From positions 37,138,001-37,202,000 of the forward strand of contig NC_042997.1 of assembly GCF_006345805.1 (NCBI RefSeq): a DNA stretch of 64,000 bases, given 5' to 3'. Positions 39,385 to 52,107 of this stretch are shown one piece after another. The notes beneath the pieces were generated by a model. The model saw nothing but the letters and a program-made list of their open reading frames with translations, was not told the origin of the DNA and ran no database searches. The first letter of the stretch is position 1, and the number at the start of each line of letters is the position of its first letter. The position numbers were made by a program, and so were the translations under genes. Origin of the DNA: Octopus sinensis. Taxonomy: Eukaryota.

Positions 39385-39952
39385 GATATAAACTTGTATA
39401 ATATAAATACTCTTCCTAGATTGTCAGTCAACGAATATTAAGAATGTATATGCGAATGTTTTTCTTTTTTTTTCTGAGAAGCATTTTTATGTATGGGATT
39501 ATAAATTGTGAACGACAGTCAATCATCATTTGGTTTTGTTTTACTTCTCATGCTTAAATATCTATATTCTAAAACTATTCTAAAGCATCGTCAGATTTCA
39601 ATTTCCGCCGAACTCGTTTAATATACCTCTATAACGTTAATATTTTAAAAATCATCATGCAGTGACAAATCGTGATGCATTAGCGAGGACAAAGTTACCT
39701 ATATGTCGCTTACGTGTTATATTTCTGTTTGTCTTTCAAGAGGTAATAATATCTACATGGTTTGTTAACCGATTCAAACCACACATACACATGGCATATA
39801 CCATATATATTGCTGCTTTGCTAAATCGTGGACCAAAACGCAAGCGTAGGTACACAAACAAAGACACACACACACACACACACTATATATATATATATAT
39901 ATTTAAAGTTTAATACTGAAGATGGAGTGTAACTAGAAGCATTTGTTAGCAT

Positions 39953-40028
39953 AACTAACGTTTCGGCTCCGTACTTCACGTCTCCCTAATAGGCGTGGAA
40001 CGAAGTGAGAACACCCCTCGTCAGGTTT
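39953..40028 (-). ncRNA. Hammerhead-like motif with long stem II
   Basis: AAC CTGACGA gg..acttcgt..acgtgaagt..cc GAAA CGTTA GTT; stem I register ambiguous. Confidence 0.35.
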
Positions 40029-40440
40029 ACATTGTATTTTCGCTTCAAGTTATATGCTGATGGTGTGATTCTAGTAGTTCGGACACATTTGGCAAAGTGA
40101 GGAAGACGCAGCCAGGAAGAAAATACAAGAATAAAAAAACAAAACGTTTAATATGAATAGGGGTCGGAGCGTTTATATCTGTGGTCAAAAACACGATAAT
40201 ATATAAAAATAACAAGAATGTAGTGTAAATGAAGGGGTTGTGAAGGGGCTTTTTTGGCATTATATTGAACGTCTTTAGCACGCGTAAGCGTTTGATGGCT
40301 GATTAGAGCAATGAAGCACAAGACCTTAGTTAAATTCCAGTCTTTACACTGTGGCTGGGTGGCTTTTTTTCCTTTCGTTATTTAACTCATTTGTTTTCGT
40401 ATTTCATGATGTTTACTGTTGGTGACATCCGTACCCATAT

Positions 40441-40588
40441 ATTGATCTCTCTTTCTCTCTCTCTCCATTTCTCTTCTCTCTCTCTCCATTTCTCTTCTCT
40501 CTCTCTCCATTTCTCTTCTCTCTCTCTCCATTTCTCTTCTCTCTCTCTCTCCATTTCTCTTCTCTCTCTCTCTCTCCATTTCTCTCTC
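40441..40588. repeat. ~21-bp pyrimidine minisatellite (CTCTCTCCATTTCTCTTCT)n
   Basis: About seven near-identical units, direct reading. Confidence 0.9.
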
Positions 40589-40767
40589 TACAATATATAT
40601 ATATATATATATATTCTCCCCTTGATTCTTTTCTGTAACCTTCTGTGCAAGAGCGTAGGCAGGAAACGTTAAACACTTCTTCACTTCCCGAGCGTTAAAC
40701 TAACACATCTATTTGTTGTCTACACTACCTGTCTTCGTCTATTGATTTTTTTTGGTGAATTCTCCCA

Positions 40768-40822
<55 letters not shown>

Positions 40823-40944
40823 TGTGTGTAAGGAGAGATGAAGTGTATTCAAACGCAGGAACGAATATACGAGAATTTATTTGGGGATTAGAACACGCTC
40901 TCGAATCTCAAACATGTTTCGACAATGTTTTTTTATATCAAAGG

Positions 40945-40976
40945 CTAGATAGATAGATACATAGATAGATAGATAC

Positions 40977-41039
<63 letters not shown>

Positions 41040-41204
41040 TATAGATAGATAGATAGATAGATATATAGCTAGCTAGCTAGATAGATAGATAGATTGATAG
41101 ATAGATGGATAGATATATATAGCTAGCTAGCTAGCTAGATAGATGGATAGATATAGCTAGATAGATAGATAGATAGATAGACAGATAGATAGATAGATAG
41201 ATAT

Positions 41205-41279
<75 letters not shown>

Positions 41280-41285
41280 TATAGT
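40945..41285. repeat. (GATA)n tetranucleotide tract with GCTA interruptions
   Basis: Direct reading. Confidence 0.95.
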
Positions 41286-41634
41286 TAAGGGGTTTAGGAA
41301 AGATGAAAGTTATAACATAAAATTCGGAAAAGTGTGTTTAAAACATCAAATGTACATAGAAATTCTAATGAGTTTCAGATATATCGACAGTAATATAAGT
41401 TCAAATGTAGGATGAAAACCATAACAAATATAAATGTTTGAAAGTTGTGTCATATTGAGATTTTATAAAAATATGAATCACGGAGAAATGATGGAGAGAA
41501 ATTGAAGCAGCTTTTTACAATTCCTGTCGAAGTGCATGAAGTACTTCGTTAATTTCTATCGACATAAATGTAATTTTCCTCGTCGTTCGCTGGCAAGATT
41601 TCGAAAAGTTTCAAGCTCAAATTCTTTTATGCGT

Positions 41635-41697
<63 letters not shown>

Positions 41698-41732
41698 TAC
41701 ATATATATATATATATTTATATTCATATATAT

Positions 41733-41805
<73 letters not shown>

Positions 41806-41932
41806 CGTACATATATATATATATATATATATATAGTTAATCCAAACAAGAAAACAAAAAAGACACAACAACGCAAGGACGTGGAACGAATAAAGTATTA
41901 TTGGACGCTCAGGAAAGAAGGGAAGAAGGAGG

Positions 41933-41967
41933 GTTTAACGTTTCGAGCGGAGCTCTTCGTCGGAAAC
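41933..41967 (-). ncRNA. Minimal hammerhead motif with U4C core change, inside a pseudo-LTR-like fragment (~41845-42030)
   Basis: GTTT CCGACGA a GAGC tcc GCTC GAAA CGT T AAAC: 4-bp stems I and II, ACGT palindromic stem III. Confidence 0.5.
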
Positions 41968-42319
41968 ATAGGAGAAGGAAAGATCCCGAGAAGGGAAGAC
42001 AGAGGGAAAAAAATCACCAGTGGCGATATATATATATATGTATATATATATACGTACCTATATATATATATATATACTTACATATAGATAGATATATGCA
42101 TATATACATATATGTACATACCAACATATATATGTATATATACATGTGTATAGAATGTCAAAAAACGTGAGAAAAATGAGAAACGAGAACAGAAAAAATA
42201 AAAACAAAACGAACTGTTTTCTAACAACGAAAGAAACAAACAGAGAAACGAGACAGGCAACATACAGAATATTCCCTTCATCAGTTGTCCCCTGTTTTAT
42301 CTACTCTGCGTTTCGAACG

Positions 42320-42745
42320 TAGAGACAAGACGCATATGTCTTCTGCCCTTCGGCTTTCCTTTTACTCTTCCCGGATCATACTTCAACTTTGTCTTCTGTA
42401 GTATTTCACTCAAGGGGACAATTCCCAGCACAAAGATTAGTGACGGCACACTCCTCCCTTGGAATATTACTCTCTTGATTTACATCTCTCCTAAAACTTG
42501 ATTCCATGCTACCAATTCCGTTATCCAGCACTTCATGCTCTTCCATATAAGGCGCTCTCATATTTTCTGCTACTCAATATATTTCCCTTGTTCTTATTAT
42601 CCAGGACTGTGGTATCATACTGTATGCTTTACGATAGTCAACCCATGCGATGCTCAGATTTGTGTCTTCTGTTGCAATTAGATTGACGATTAAGAGCTGA
42701 TCCTTCGTTCCCCGGCTCCTCTTTCTGCACCCTCTCTGTTCAATA
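42320..42745 (-). mobile_element. R4/Dong-clade RT fragment (subfamily B)
   Basis: [39 protein letters not shown] (ORF 42574-42765). Confidence 0.8.
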
Positions 42746-42774
42746 GCTAACACTAGTATCCACATCCACTTCCG

Positions 42775-44030
42775 TTTAGTATGTGAGATAAATTATTCAA
42801 TTCCAAGCAGAAAAGGAATGGGCAGAGCGTGTGTCCCTCGAATATTCATCTTTTGTCTGGAAATGTAGCACTGTCTGCCATTTATTCATGGAATGTTTTA
42901 TATATGTTATGATTATTGGTGCTACCTTGCTCATGTCTTGTCTACCTTGATCATGACTAGTGTTTCTAGGATCCATGTTTGCGGGATACTATTAAAAGCA
43001 TTTCGGTAATCGATCCTTACTTACACTCTTCTTCTTGCAGCAGCTGTCTTCACTTATGGCTTTATTTATTAGTAGCAGATCTTTACAGCCATTTAAGCCA
43101 TTGAAGTATCCCTTCTGCTCCTCTGGAAACAGGGTGTCTTCTTCCAGATGCTTGCTCATTCTCTGTGATATTATTGCAGTAAAGTCTTTGTAAATTGTAG
43201 GCAGACAAGTTATCGGTCTGAAAGTGTGGGTTTGCTGTTCCAGTGGATTTGGTAATTAGGATAGTTTTGCCTTCTGTGATCCATTCAGCCAATGCCTCTG
43301 GCTCTGCTAGTATTTAATTAAATTTCTCAGCCATCGTTTTATGTGTTATTGTCAGGTATGTTAACCAGAACTTGGGGGATATTATCGTGCAAGCGGATCT
43401 TGCAGTTTTTTTTCGTTTTTGCAGTGACTGGTTGACATCTTCATTTGTCATAGGGGACCAAAGTTGCTCAGCTGCTGTGTTCATTGTTTTCATAGATCTT
43501 TTCTGAATTTGTTACTTCAGCGACCATATTTATTTCCGAAATTCTTCCAATTCTGCGGTTGGTGATGCATTGATCTCTATACTATTTTTGCCAAGTTCTT
43601 TCTAGAAAATTTTTGGGTTGGAGTTGAACTGTTTGTTTTGTTCAAAGAAACGTTGGCGTTTTTCTTACCGGCGGATTCCTTATGCTTTGGCGAGGATACC
43701 TGTCTTTAACCGCTCTTTTATCTTAGGTATGCCGCGTTCTGTAATTTTGTATTTAGGTAGAATTTTTCTTCTCTTGTTGCTTAGTAGTGTTGGTTGTAAC
43801 TAGTTTCTTTAAGGATTGACATATCCTTTCTCTTATTTTCTACCTTTTCTGGATATTATTTGTCCACAGAGTTTTTTAGGTGGTGTTACTCCTGTTTGAA
43901 TGGGTTTGAAGGAGTATCTAGCTTCTTTCGTGGCCACAGCGGCTGCTGCATATATTATATGAATCAGCCAGGTCAAATCGACATTTGTTTCTGTTGCTAT
44001 TAGTTCTGTGACTGCTACGTTCATGCTATA
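42775..44030 (-). mobile_element. Decayed R4/Dong copy (subfamily A)
   Basis: EWITEGKTILITK, IIYAAAAV; nucleotide similarity with 49050-49975 throughout 42790-43680. Confidence 0.85.
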
Positions 44031-44034
44031 TATT

Positions 44035-45005
44035 ATTGATTCCTAACAACGGGCTACAACAAGTTTCCTAAGATGTCGAAAAATCTTTCTATTGGGTTGC
44101 AGCAAGAACCCTGCTATGTATCCTACTTGTCCCTAATAACCTTGCGTTCTGCGACCGTAATACACTGGGTCTTATGCCTTTTTTCTCTACCCATCTGTTC
44201 AGATCTTTAGGTATAGTTCTCATTGCACCAATAAATACTGGGATACACTTTATCCCCACTTTCCATAGTCTCTCTATTTTAATAGTTAGGTCATGGTACT
44301 TTGCTATTTTCTATACTTATTAAATTATTTTTGTCGTCTTTTGGGATTAGAAAGTTAATTACCTGGCACATTCTACTACTAAATCAGGCCTTCTAGCTTC
44401 TATTAATCTGTTAGCCTGAATGTACAAGTTCCACAACACGTTGTATTTCTTGCATTACTATTTCTTACTTTCTAGTAATTTACTGGGTTCATGATCATAT
44501 CATTTACCAGTATGTCCAAATCCTAGCTTTCTTCATAGCTCCCACAGATTTGCTCTCCCTAGATTGACTTATCGTTTCTACTATACTTTCTGCCCCAACA
44601 TACTACCTACAGTTAATATATGAGTAATGCTTTCCTCATTTGATTTGCATAATCTACATTGAGAATACATCGGGTATCTACTTGGCTTTTGTCTGTTTTG
44701 GTTTTTATCGAATTAGTCCGTAATGCCTGCTCCTGTGCAGCTACTGACAAACTTTCTTCTCCCTCTTCAGTTTTTCCTTCTGCAGCCATAACCATGTTTC
44801 ACTATTGCTATTTGCTGAATCCATCTTCGGAAATCTATCATGCAACGCCTTCTCCTGCTTGTCAGATAATGTTTGTTCTTTTGTCTGTGTTTTAAGTTCG
44901 TTTTGGTTTCCCTATGCCTTACATTTAATCAACTTTCTACACTATTACATACAAAGGAGTCTATATTCATTCTAGATAAATCCACGCAGTCTGTCAGTGA
45001 TATTA
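44035..45005 (-). mobile_element. Decayed R4/Dong 3' part (subfamily D)
   Basis: AAQEQALRTNSIK, IEARRPDLVV, KCIPVFIGAM; aligns with 59260-60520. Confidence 0.75.
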
Positions 45006-45282
45006 ACATTTTGGTACGGGTTTTGTTTGAGTCTTCTGTTGCATTACTTTTTCATCTTGTGTGTTGTTTGTGTAGCGCAGGTTTTCATATTCTGTCGTGT
45101 GTCGGCCTTTTATGGCACATGTTGTGGATTTTCTTAATTTCGTTGAGTATTTAGAGTATAACATTATTCTTGTATGTTTTTCAAAGGGTGTAGCCTAATA
45201 GTGTGTGTGTGTGTGTAACTCATAATTCAAATATTTAATACTATCTATGATTATCCGTCCACCGTTCTTTTTGCTTCGTTCG

Positions 45283-45352
<70 letters not shown>

Positions 45353-47276
45353 GCCTTTGCACAGCTTCTAACTCTGGAGATGTACTACGGTGACGGCTGT
45401 TCAATACCAGTGAACTAATGTAACACCTCTTATTTTTCGAGCAACCTCCGGAGTATTCGAGCGGTTCCAAGCAGTGCTGTTTTCTGCAGGTGCTCCCCAC
45501 TTATTGCAGCCCCTATTTGTTCCACGCACTTCTCGAGATTTTTGCTCACAGTTCCCAGGGCTCAGACAATTATTGGTACTACTGCTACCTTTTTCATCGA
45601 CCACAACTACTTAACTTCCCAAGCTAAACTGTCATATCTCTCGACTTTTCTTTCTTCCTTATCGCCTGCTTGTTGTCAGCTGGGCATGCTATATATATCA
45701 TCAAGCATAGTTTATTTTCTTTCTCAATTAATACTATATCTGGCTTCCTATTCTCTATCTCATGGTCATACTGAATCATAAAATCTAATAGGATCTTTGC
45801 ATTTCTATATTCGACAATGCCTTCAGGTTTGTGGTCGTACCCATTTTTTGGTCTAGCATATTTATACTTGTTGCAAAGTGTCCAATGGCGTCTCTTATAT
45901 TCCTTCTGGACTAATGCCGTACGTTGGCTGGTAAGATGTCATACGGTTTCACCGTTTTGTCCAAGGATTCTGCACTTATCACTTTCTGCTGTGTTGTCTA
46001 TTCTGTATTTTATGTAGTTTGTTGTTAGTGCTTGCTCTCGGGCAGCACAGATTAGAGCCTCTGTTTCTGGTTTTAAATCACTTTAAGTCATCCTCAGCCA
46101 TCTTTTTCTCGTCCAGTCTTTTCTTCAACATCCTTATGAAATTGACCTTGCATTCTTTTCTTTACCAATCTATTTACAGTTTCATTCGTTTTCAATTTCT
46201 TGTATAGTGTTTTATCTTTGCAATCTTTCATCCTACAGAAGCTTGACCTTCCTACTTCTAATAATAACGTTTGTGAGGCATTTTTGCATACCATGCTGTG
46301 TTGTTTTATGCTGCTCTAATGCACCCCCGTCCTTGGTACATACGGTCTGTCTGTGTCACTTTTTTGGTGGAGTGACCCATATCTAGTTAGCAACTTCCTT
46401 GTCTTTCTATCTAAGCTGTTTAGTTCGTCTACTGTGCATGCGATTACCCCTGCTCTATATCTAAGGAGTGAGCACGCCTATGTATTGATTGCTTCGATCG
46501 TATTCCGTCCGTTGAATTTCGATTTAAGTATCAGTCTCCGTCTGCGTAAGTACTCAAGCTTAAATTTTTCTGTCATTTCTTTCTCCATCATCTTATTAAT
46601 TTCCAAAATCCCCAATTACTTATAGCCCGTCTCTTTTATCTGCTTCATATCCTCCCCCGACGGTATCGTTAGTCCGTCCATACATTTGATTTTGCCTCTC
46701 TTCAATACTAACACAGGACACTTTCCCAGTTCGAACCCCATTCTGATATCAGCACTGAAGGTATTACACCCTATGAACGAGGGAACGGGCTTGGGCTTCA
46801 TCTTTAACATAAAGCTTGAGGTTATTCATAAATAACAAATGGTTGACTTTTCGTTAGCGGCTTTTGAATCCATACCCAGCTTTTGCTCTCCTCATATTCA
46901 TTATCAGTGGTATCAAGCACAGTAAAAAGATAAGTGGGGAAAGGCAGTCCTCTTGGAAGTTACCCCTCCTAATTTCTAATGTCCCCAAAACTTCTTCCGT
47001 ATGCTGTCAGGTTCGTCCTCCAACTCGCCATACATTTTCTAACCAATCGCTCAACATTCGATGCAAACCCAAATGTGTTCATACACTCCATCATCCAAGA
47101 ATGTGGGATCATGTCGTGCGCCTTACGATAAGCGATCCATGACATGGCTAAGTTACTTTTCCTCCTCTTGCAGTCTCTGAGTACAGTTTTATCTATCAGG
47201 AGTTGATCCTTGGTACCGTGGCACTTACGCTGCTTGTAACCCTTCTGCTCATGTGACAGGACTCCATTTTATCTAG
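45353..47276 (-). mobile_element. 5'-truncated, decayed R4/Dong copy (subfamily B) bounded by (TAA)n on both sides
   Basis: [67 protein letters not shown]; (ATT)n at 45285-45352 and 47277-47341. Confidence 0.9.
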
Positions 47277-47277
47277 A

Positions 47278-47341
<64 letters not shown>

Positions 47342-47344
<3 letters not shown>

Positions 47345-49975
47345 TAGTTTTATTTTTATAGCGTGCTTTCACTTCACTACCGAGCGCAGCTCTGTGTGCC
47401 TTGGGTATGTGCTGTGATTTGTTGTGATGCTCTGATGGTTATTGTATGGAAAGTGTTCTGCGTAGGATGTGTGCAGTGCCTAGTAGTGCAATTTTCTGTA
47501 TGTTATATGTGTTTGTAAGTCCTGGTGTTTTTGTTATGTATTTGTCTGAATATTTTTTTATCATGCCTAATGCACCTACTATGATAGGAATTTTTTCTGT
47601 TTTCAGGTTCCACATTCTAGTTACCTCTATTTCCAGGTCTTTGTATTTTGAGAGTTTCTCCATTTCTTTTAGAGACACGTTGTCATCTGCCGGTATTGAT
47701 ACATCAATTAGAAGGCATTTTTTCCTTCATGATCTCTGACAACTATATCTGGTCTGTTGGCCTTAATTTCTCTATCTGTGTGTATCGGCATATCCCAGAG
47801 TATGGTTGCTTTCTCGTTATCTGTGACCTTTTCTGGTGTGTGCCTATACCATCTTTTTTCTGTTGTTATTCCATAATGTTGGCATAGCTTCCAATGTATG
47901 TAGGTTCCAACTCTGTCATGTCTGTGAATATATTCCTTCTTAGCCAGGACTGGGCAGCTAGAGATAATATGATTTATTGTTTCTTGTCCATCTCCACATA
48001 TTCTGCAGTTACTTGTAATATTTCTTTTCATTACATGTTTTTGGTAATTTCTGGTGGGGAGGCTTTGGTCTTGTGCTGCAATTAAAAATCCTTCTGTTTC
48101 TGCTTTGAGTCCTGAGATTCTCAACCATTGCTGGGATTTTTCTTTGTCTATTTCTTTTGCGTTTAGTTTAGTCCAGTATTTACCATGAAGGGGTTTTTCT
48201 TGCCATCGTTTTATCATGGCTCGTTGCTGTTCTATTTTTAGTTTGGATTTCATTTGTTTTATAGCTTTTGTTGTTTCTTCATCATCTTCTTCTTCTTTGT
48301 GTTTATTAGGTGGTATGATTTCTTGTTTGTATTTGTCAGCTTCCTTAAATACTGAGAACAGTTTTTTGTTTTGCTCGTGTTTTGGTGCTATCTGGATCAG
48401 TTTTCCTTCCTTCTGAAGTAGGTATTTTTGCAGTCCTATGGTGGTTATTTTATAGTAGTTTTCCAGCTGTATAAGGCCTCTACCACCTTCTATACGTTGT
48501 ATATATAGTCTTTCTATGTCAGATTTTGGGTGATGCATCCTAGATCCTGTCAGTATTTTTCTTGTTTTCCTATCTATTTTGGACAGTTCATTTCGTGTCC
48601 AGTTAAGGGTATTGTAGCTGTAACTTATAACTGGGACAGCTAAAGTGTTGATACCTATTATCTTGTTTTTAGCATTGAGCTCTGTTTTTAGTATTGATCT
48701 AACTCGTCTATAATATTCTTTTTTTATTTTCTCTTTCATTTGTGTGTGTTGTGTCTTATCTATTTCATGGATTCCTAAGTATTTGTAAGTTTGGCTTTGG
48801 TCTAATTCTTTTATTTCATTGGTTTTATCTAGTGTGATGTTGTTACTCTTAACTAGTTTTCCTCTTTTCATGGTTACTTTGGCGCATTTTTCTAATCCAA
48901 ATTTCATATCTATTTCTTTGGTAAATCCATGAACTGTCTTTAATAGTGTTTCCAGCTGTTTGTCATTTGCAGCGTATAGTTTTAGGTCGTCCATATATAA
49001 AAGGTGGCTGATCGTTTTGCCGTAACATTTATATCCGCATCCAGTTCTATTTAGCATATCAGATAGAGGTGACAGTGCCAAGCAGAAAAGGAGTGGAGAG
49101 AGCGTGTCTCCCTGGAATATTCCTCTTCTAATGGGGATGTCTTTGGTTTTCATGAGTCCCTCTTTTGTTTGGAGGTGTAGGACTGTTTGCCATTTATTCA
49201 TAGAGTGCTCTATGAATTTTATGATTGTTGGTGCTACTTTGTTAATGGCTAGTGTTTCGAGGGTCCATGTGTGAGGGATGCTATCAAACGCCTTTTTGTA
49301 GTCAATCCAGGCCATACTGAGGCCTTTCTTCTTTCTGTGGCTGTCTTCAGTTACGGCTTTATTAATCATTAGTTGATCTTTACAGCCATATGAGCCCTTG
49401 CGGCATCCTTTCTGCTCTTCTGGGAACAGTTTGTTTTCGTCCAGGTGCTTGTTCAGCCTTTGCGATATCACTGCAGTAAATGCCTTGAACATAGTAGGGA
49501 GGCAGGTTATTGGTCTGTAGTTTTCTGGTTTTGTTGTTTCATTTGATTTGGGAATTAAGATGGTTTTCCCCTTCGTGAGCCATTCAGGCATTGTCTCTGG
49601 CTCTGCTAGTATGCTGTTAAAGTTTTCAGCCAGCTTTTTGTGCATTCCTGTTAGATATTTCAACCAGAAGTTGGGGATCTTGTCATGCCCAGGTGCCTTC
49701 CAGTTGCTTAGTTTTTGCAGTGCCTGGGTGACCTCTTCAGTTGTTATGGGGGTCCAAAGTTGTTCAGATGCCGAGTTTGTTATTTTCATACTCCTTTTTT
49801 TTTCTGTTCGTTCGCCGACCATATTTCTTTCCAGAATTCTTCCAATTCTTCTGCCGTTGGTGCTGCAGTGACTTCTATTTTATTTTTGCCCAGTTCTTGG
49901 TAGAACTTTTTGGGGTCGGAGTTGAACTTTTTGTTCTGTTCAAAGAAGCGTTGGCGTTTCTCGTACCGGCGGATC
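47342..49975 (-). mobile_element. Young 5'-truncated R4/Dong-clade retrotransposon (subfamily A) in (TAA)n
   Basis: RT, zinc knuckle, restriction-like endonuclease, ~100-bp 3' UTR with AATAAA, (AAT)n at both ends (47277-47341, 49976-50185). Confidence 0.95.
47439..49975 (-). pseudogene. RT + CCHC + PD-(D/E)xK endonuclease polyprotein (two homopolymer frameshifts)
   Basis: ORF 47708-49822 (704 aa): KAPGHD, NYRPITCL, QKGCRKG, IDYKKAFDSIPH, GIFQGDTLSPLLF, YMDD, CRICGDGQETINHIISSC, RPDIVV; continues in ORF 47439-47678 after adding one A at 47718-47723. Confidence 0.95.
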
Positions 49976-50070
<95 letters not shown>

Positions 50071-50095
50071 TATTATTATTATTATTATTTTATTA

Positions 50096-50126
<31 letters not shown>

Positions 50127-50130
50127 TATA

Positions 50131-50186
<56 letters not shown>

Positions 50187-51973
50187 GATTTTTAATGATA
50201 AAATCATATTAAAATCACCCATACACCTGTCCAGGTTTTCCAGTCTGTTATATCAATCTGGAAAAAGCATGATGTTTTTGTAATTGATCTGATCATGTTA
50301 TATACCAATTATTGAAAATGCATACATACAGACGTGTATGTGTGACTGTGTGCATTTGTCCGTGTATGTGTGTATGCGTATGTTATCTTTTAGGTCTGCA
50401 AAAACTTATGTATTATTATTATGAATGGATTTGAAATTAAAATACTTCTTCCTCGTTCCCTTATTCTTCTTATTCCTCATTATCCTCAACTTTCTTTTGA
50501 TATTCTCCTATGTTCTTCTTCAACTTTTCACTTCAACGTTTTTTTTCTCTCAGAGTGTGTTTCTGTCGTCGTAAAACTTACTTTCATCTTCATATGCTGT
50601 TAAAAATCAAACAAAATTCTAAATATTCTATGCAAATATACTCTATATATTCTGCATATTCTTTACTTTCTATTTCTGATTCGTCATCTGCTAGTGCTAC
50701 AGATATTTACCTTGCGATCTGCAAGGGCTTTATGTTTGGGAAAAATATCATGTTTCTTTTCTTTTATCCAGAGGGAGTTTTGAGTATTGCATTAACAAGA
50801 CAGTTAGCATCTTCATAATTATACATGAGCAAATGTTACGTAAAAATGCCGTATTTATATGTTTTTCAAGGTATATCTTCAATTATACAGTTAATATGCT
50901 GTGATACCTTTCTAATTGTACGGAATGTTATTTAAGAACTTAAGAGTACGTCATTTAAATTTTACAGTACTTGTAATATTATTGTCTTAAAATTAAACGT
51001 GTTTATCACTGCATGCAATTTGTGAGCGTCTTTGTAAAGTCTTTATGTATTGTTCCAGTTGTACAAGTTACAAATGAAACAATGAACACGTTAGTTAACT
51101 GACGTAATGCTTTTTTTATAATTTTATCTTAAACGTAGATCAGTATATTTATATTCTCAATGCTCTTCTGCATCATATGTCAATGTGGATTTGGCGTTCC
51201 TTCTTCATAAGTTGAGCAATATTATAATTTTTCTCATAGAAAGAATAGTATTTCCATACTACTTAAGTGGTGCAATTTTCTATTTTGTTTTCGGAGAATA
51301 TGAAAATTAGCGACCAAGAAAACAAATCTGGAATCTTTTCAACTAAACACCAAATGTGTACACAACAGTGGGAAAGCAGTAATGAATTTGGTTCACCAAT
51401 GTTCTTAGGCTTATATTTAATATAGGAAAATGTGTTTCTGAAAGTAATATTTTTAAAAATTATTTTTATAGCTATTTAAAACATTAGGTGCTATTGGTCA
51501 ATAGCAGGGATTTTTGGGGTCGGCTTCTTTTGTAATTACCAAAATTAAGATGACTCTTTCCTCGAGGTGTCTTTTCAGGAGTTATCTATTGCAGATTTTA
51601 CTAGCAAGCATTTTCTGTGCCTAATTATAACAAAATTTAGAGATTATAACTTTACAGAGCGACGTCTAAAATTTCGCTTTTGTGGCATCATGGTGACTTT
51701 TGTGTTGAGTTTGGTGATTGTTTGGCTCTTACTTCATATTTTATATATACCTGAACATGACGTATAAATAGATATTTATATTCTTCTATCTTGTTATTGC
51801 ACGCCTCTGCTTATTAGCGTGATGATAGATTCTGTTTAATTTTAGATAGTACTTAAAATATTTCGGACGTCTTTTCAAGTGTCTGTTTATCGATATATGC
51901 TTTCATCACTTCACATATTTTACCGTATAAACAGAATCTCTTGCAAGAGTTGTTTATTAATGTCCGCCTCATA

Positions 51974-52105
51974 TACTGGGTCATCCCATAAATAATGCGA
52001 TTTTTTAAAACCTTTATTTTTCAAAATTAAGATAAAAAAAATTCTTTTTTAATCTAAATTATACTCTCCTTCATTTTCCACAATCTCTTCCATCTATCAG
52101 GTAGC
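51974..52105 (-). mobile_element. Mariner 3' end with TIR
   Basis: TA + CTGGGTCATCCCATAAATAATGCG terminus; minus strand DRW(E)EIVENEGEYNLD* matches the mariner transposase C-terminus. Confidence 0.75.
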
Positions 52106-52107
52106 CC

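Noticed and set aside
42270-42322. Minus-strand GAAACGC..CTGATGA in permuted (type II-like) order
   Set aside because: Could not build stems I and III.
50773-51767. Acceptor-like sites at ~50772 and 51657, the latter followed by RRLKFRFCGIMVTFVLSLVIVWLLLHILYIPEHDV* (TM-like)
   Set aside because: Phases do not join into a coherent protein; hydrophobicity is expected from T-rich DNA. RNA-seq would settle it.
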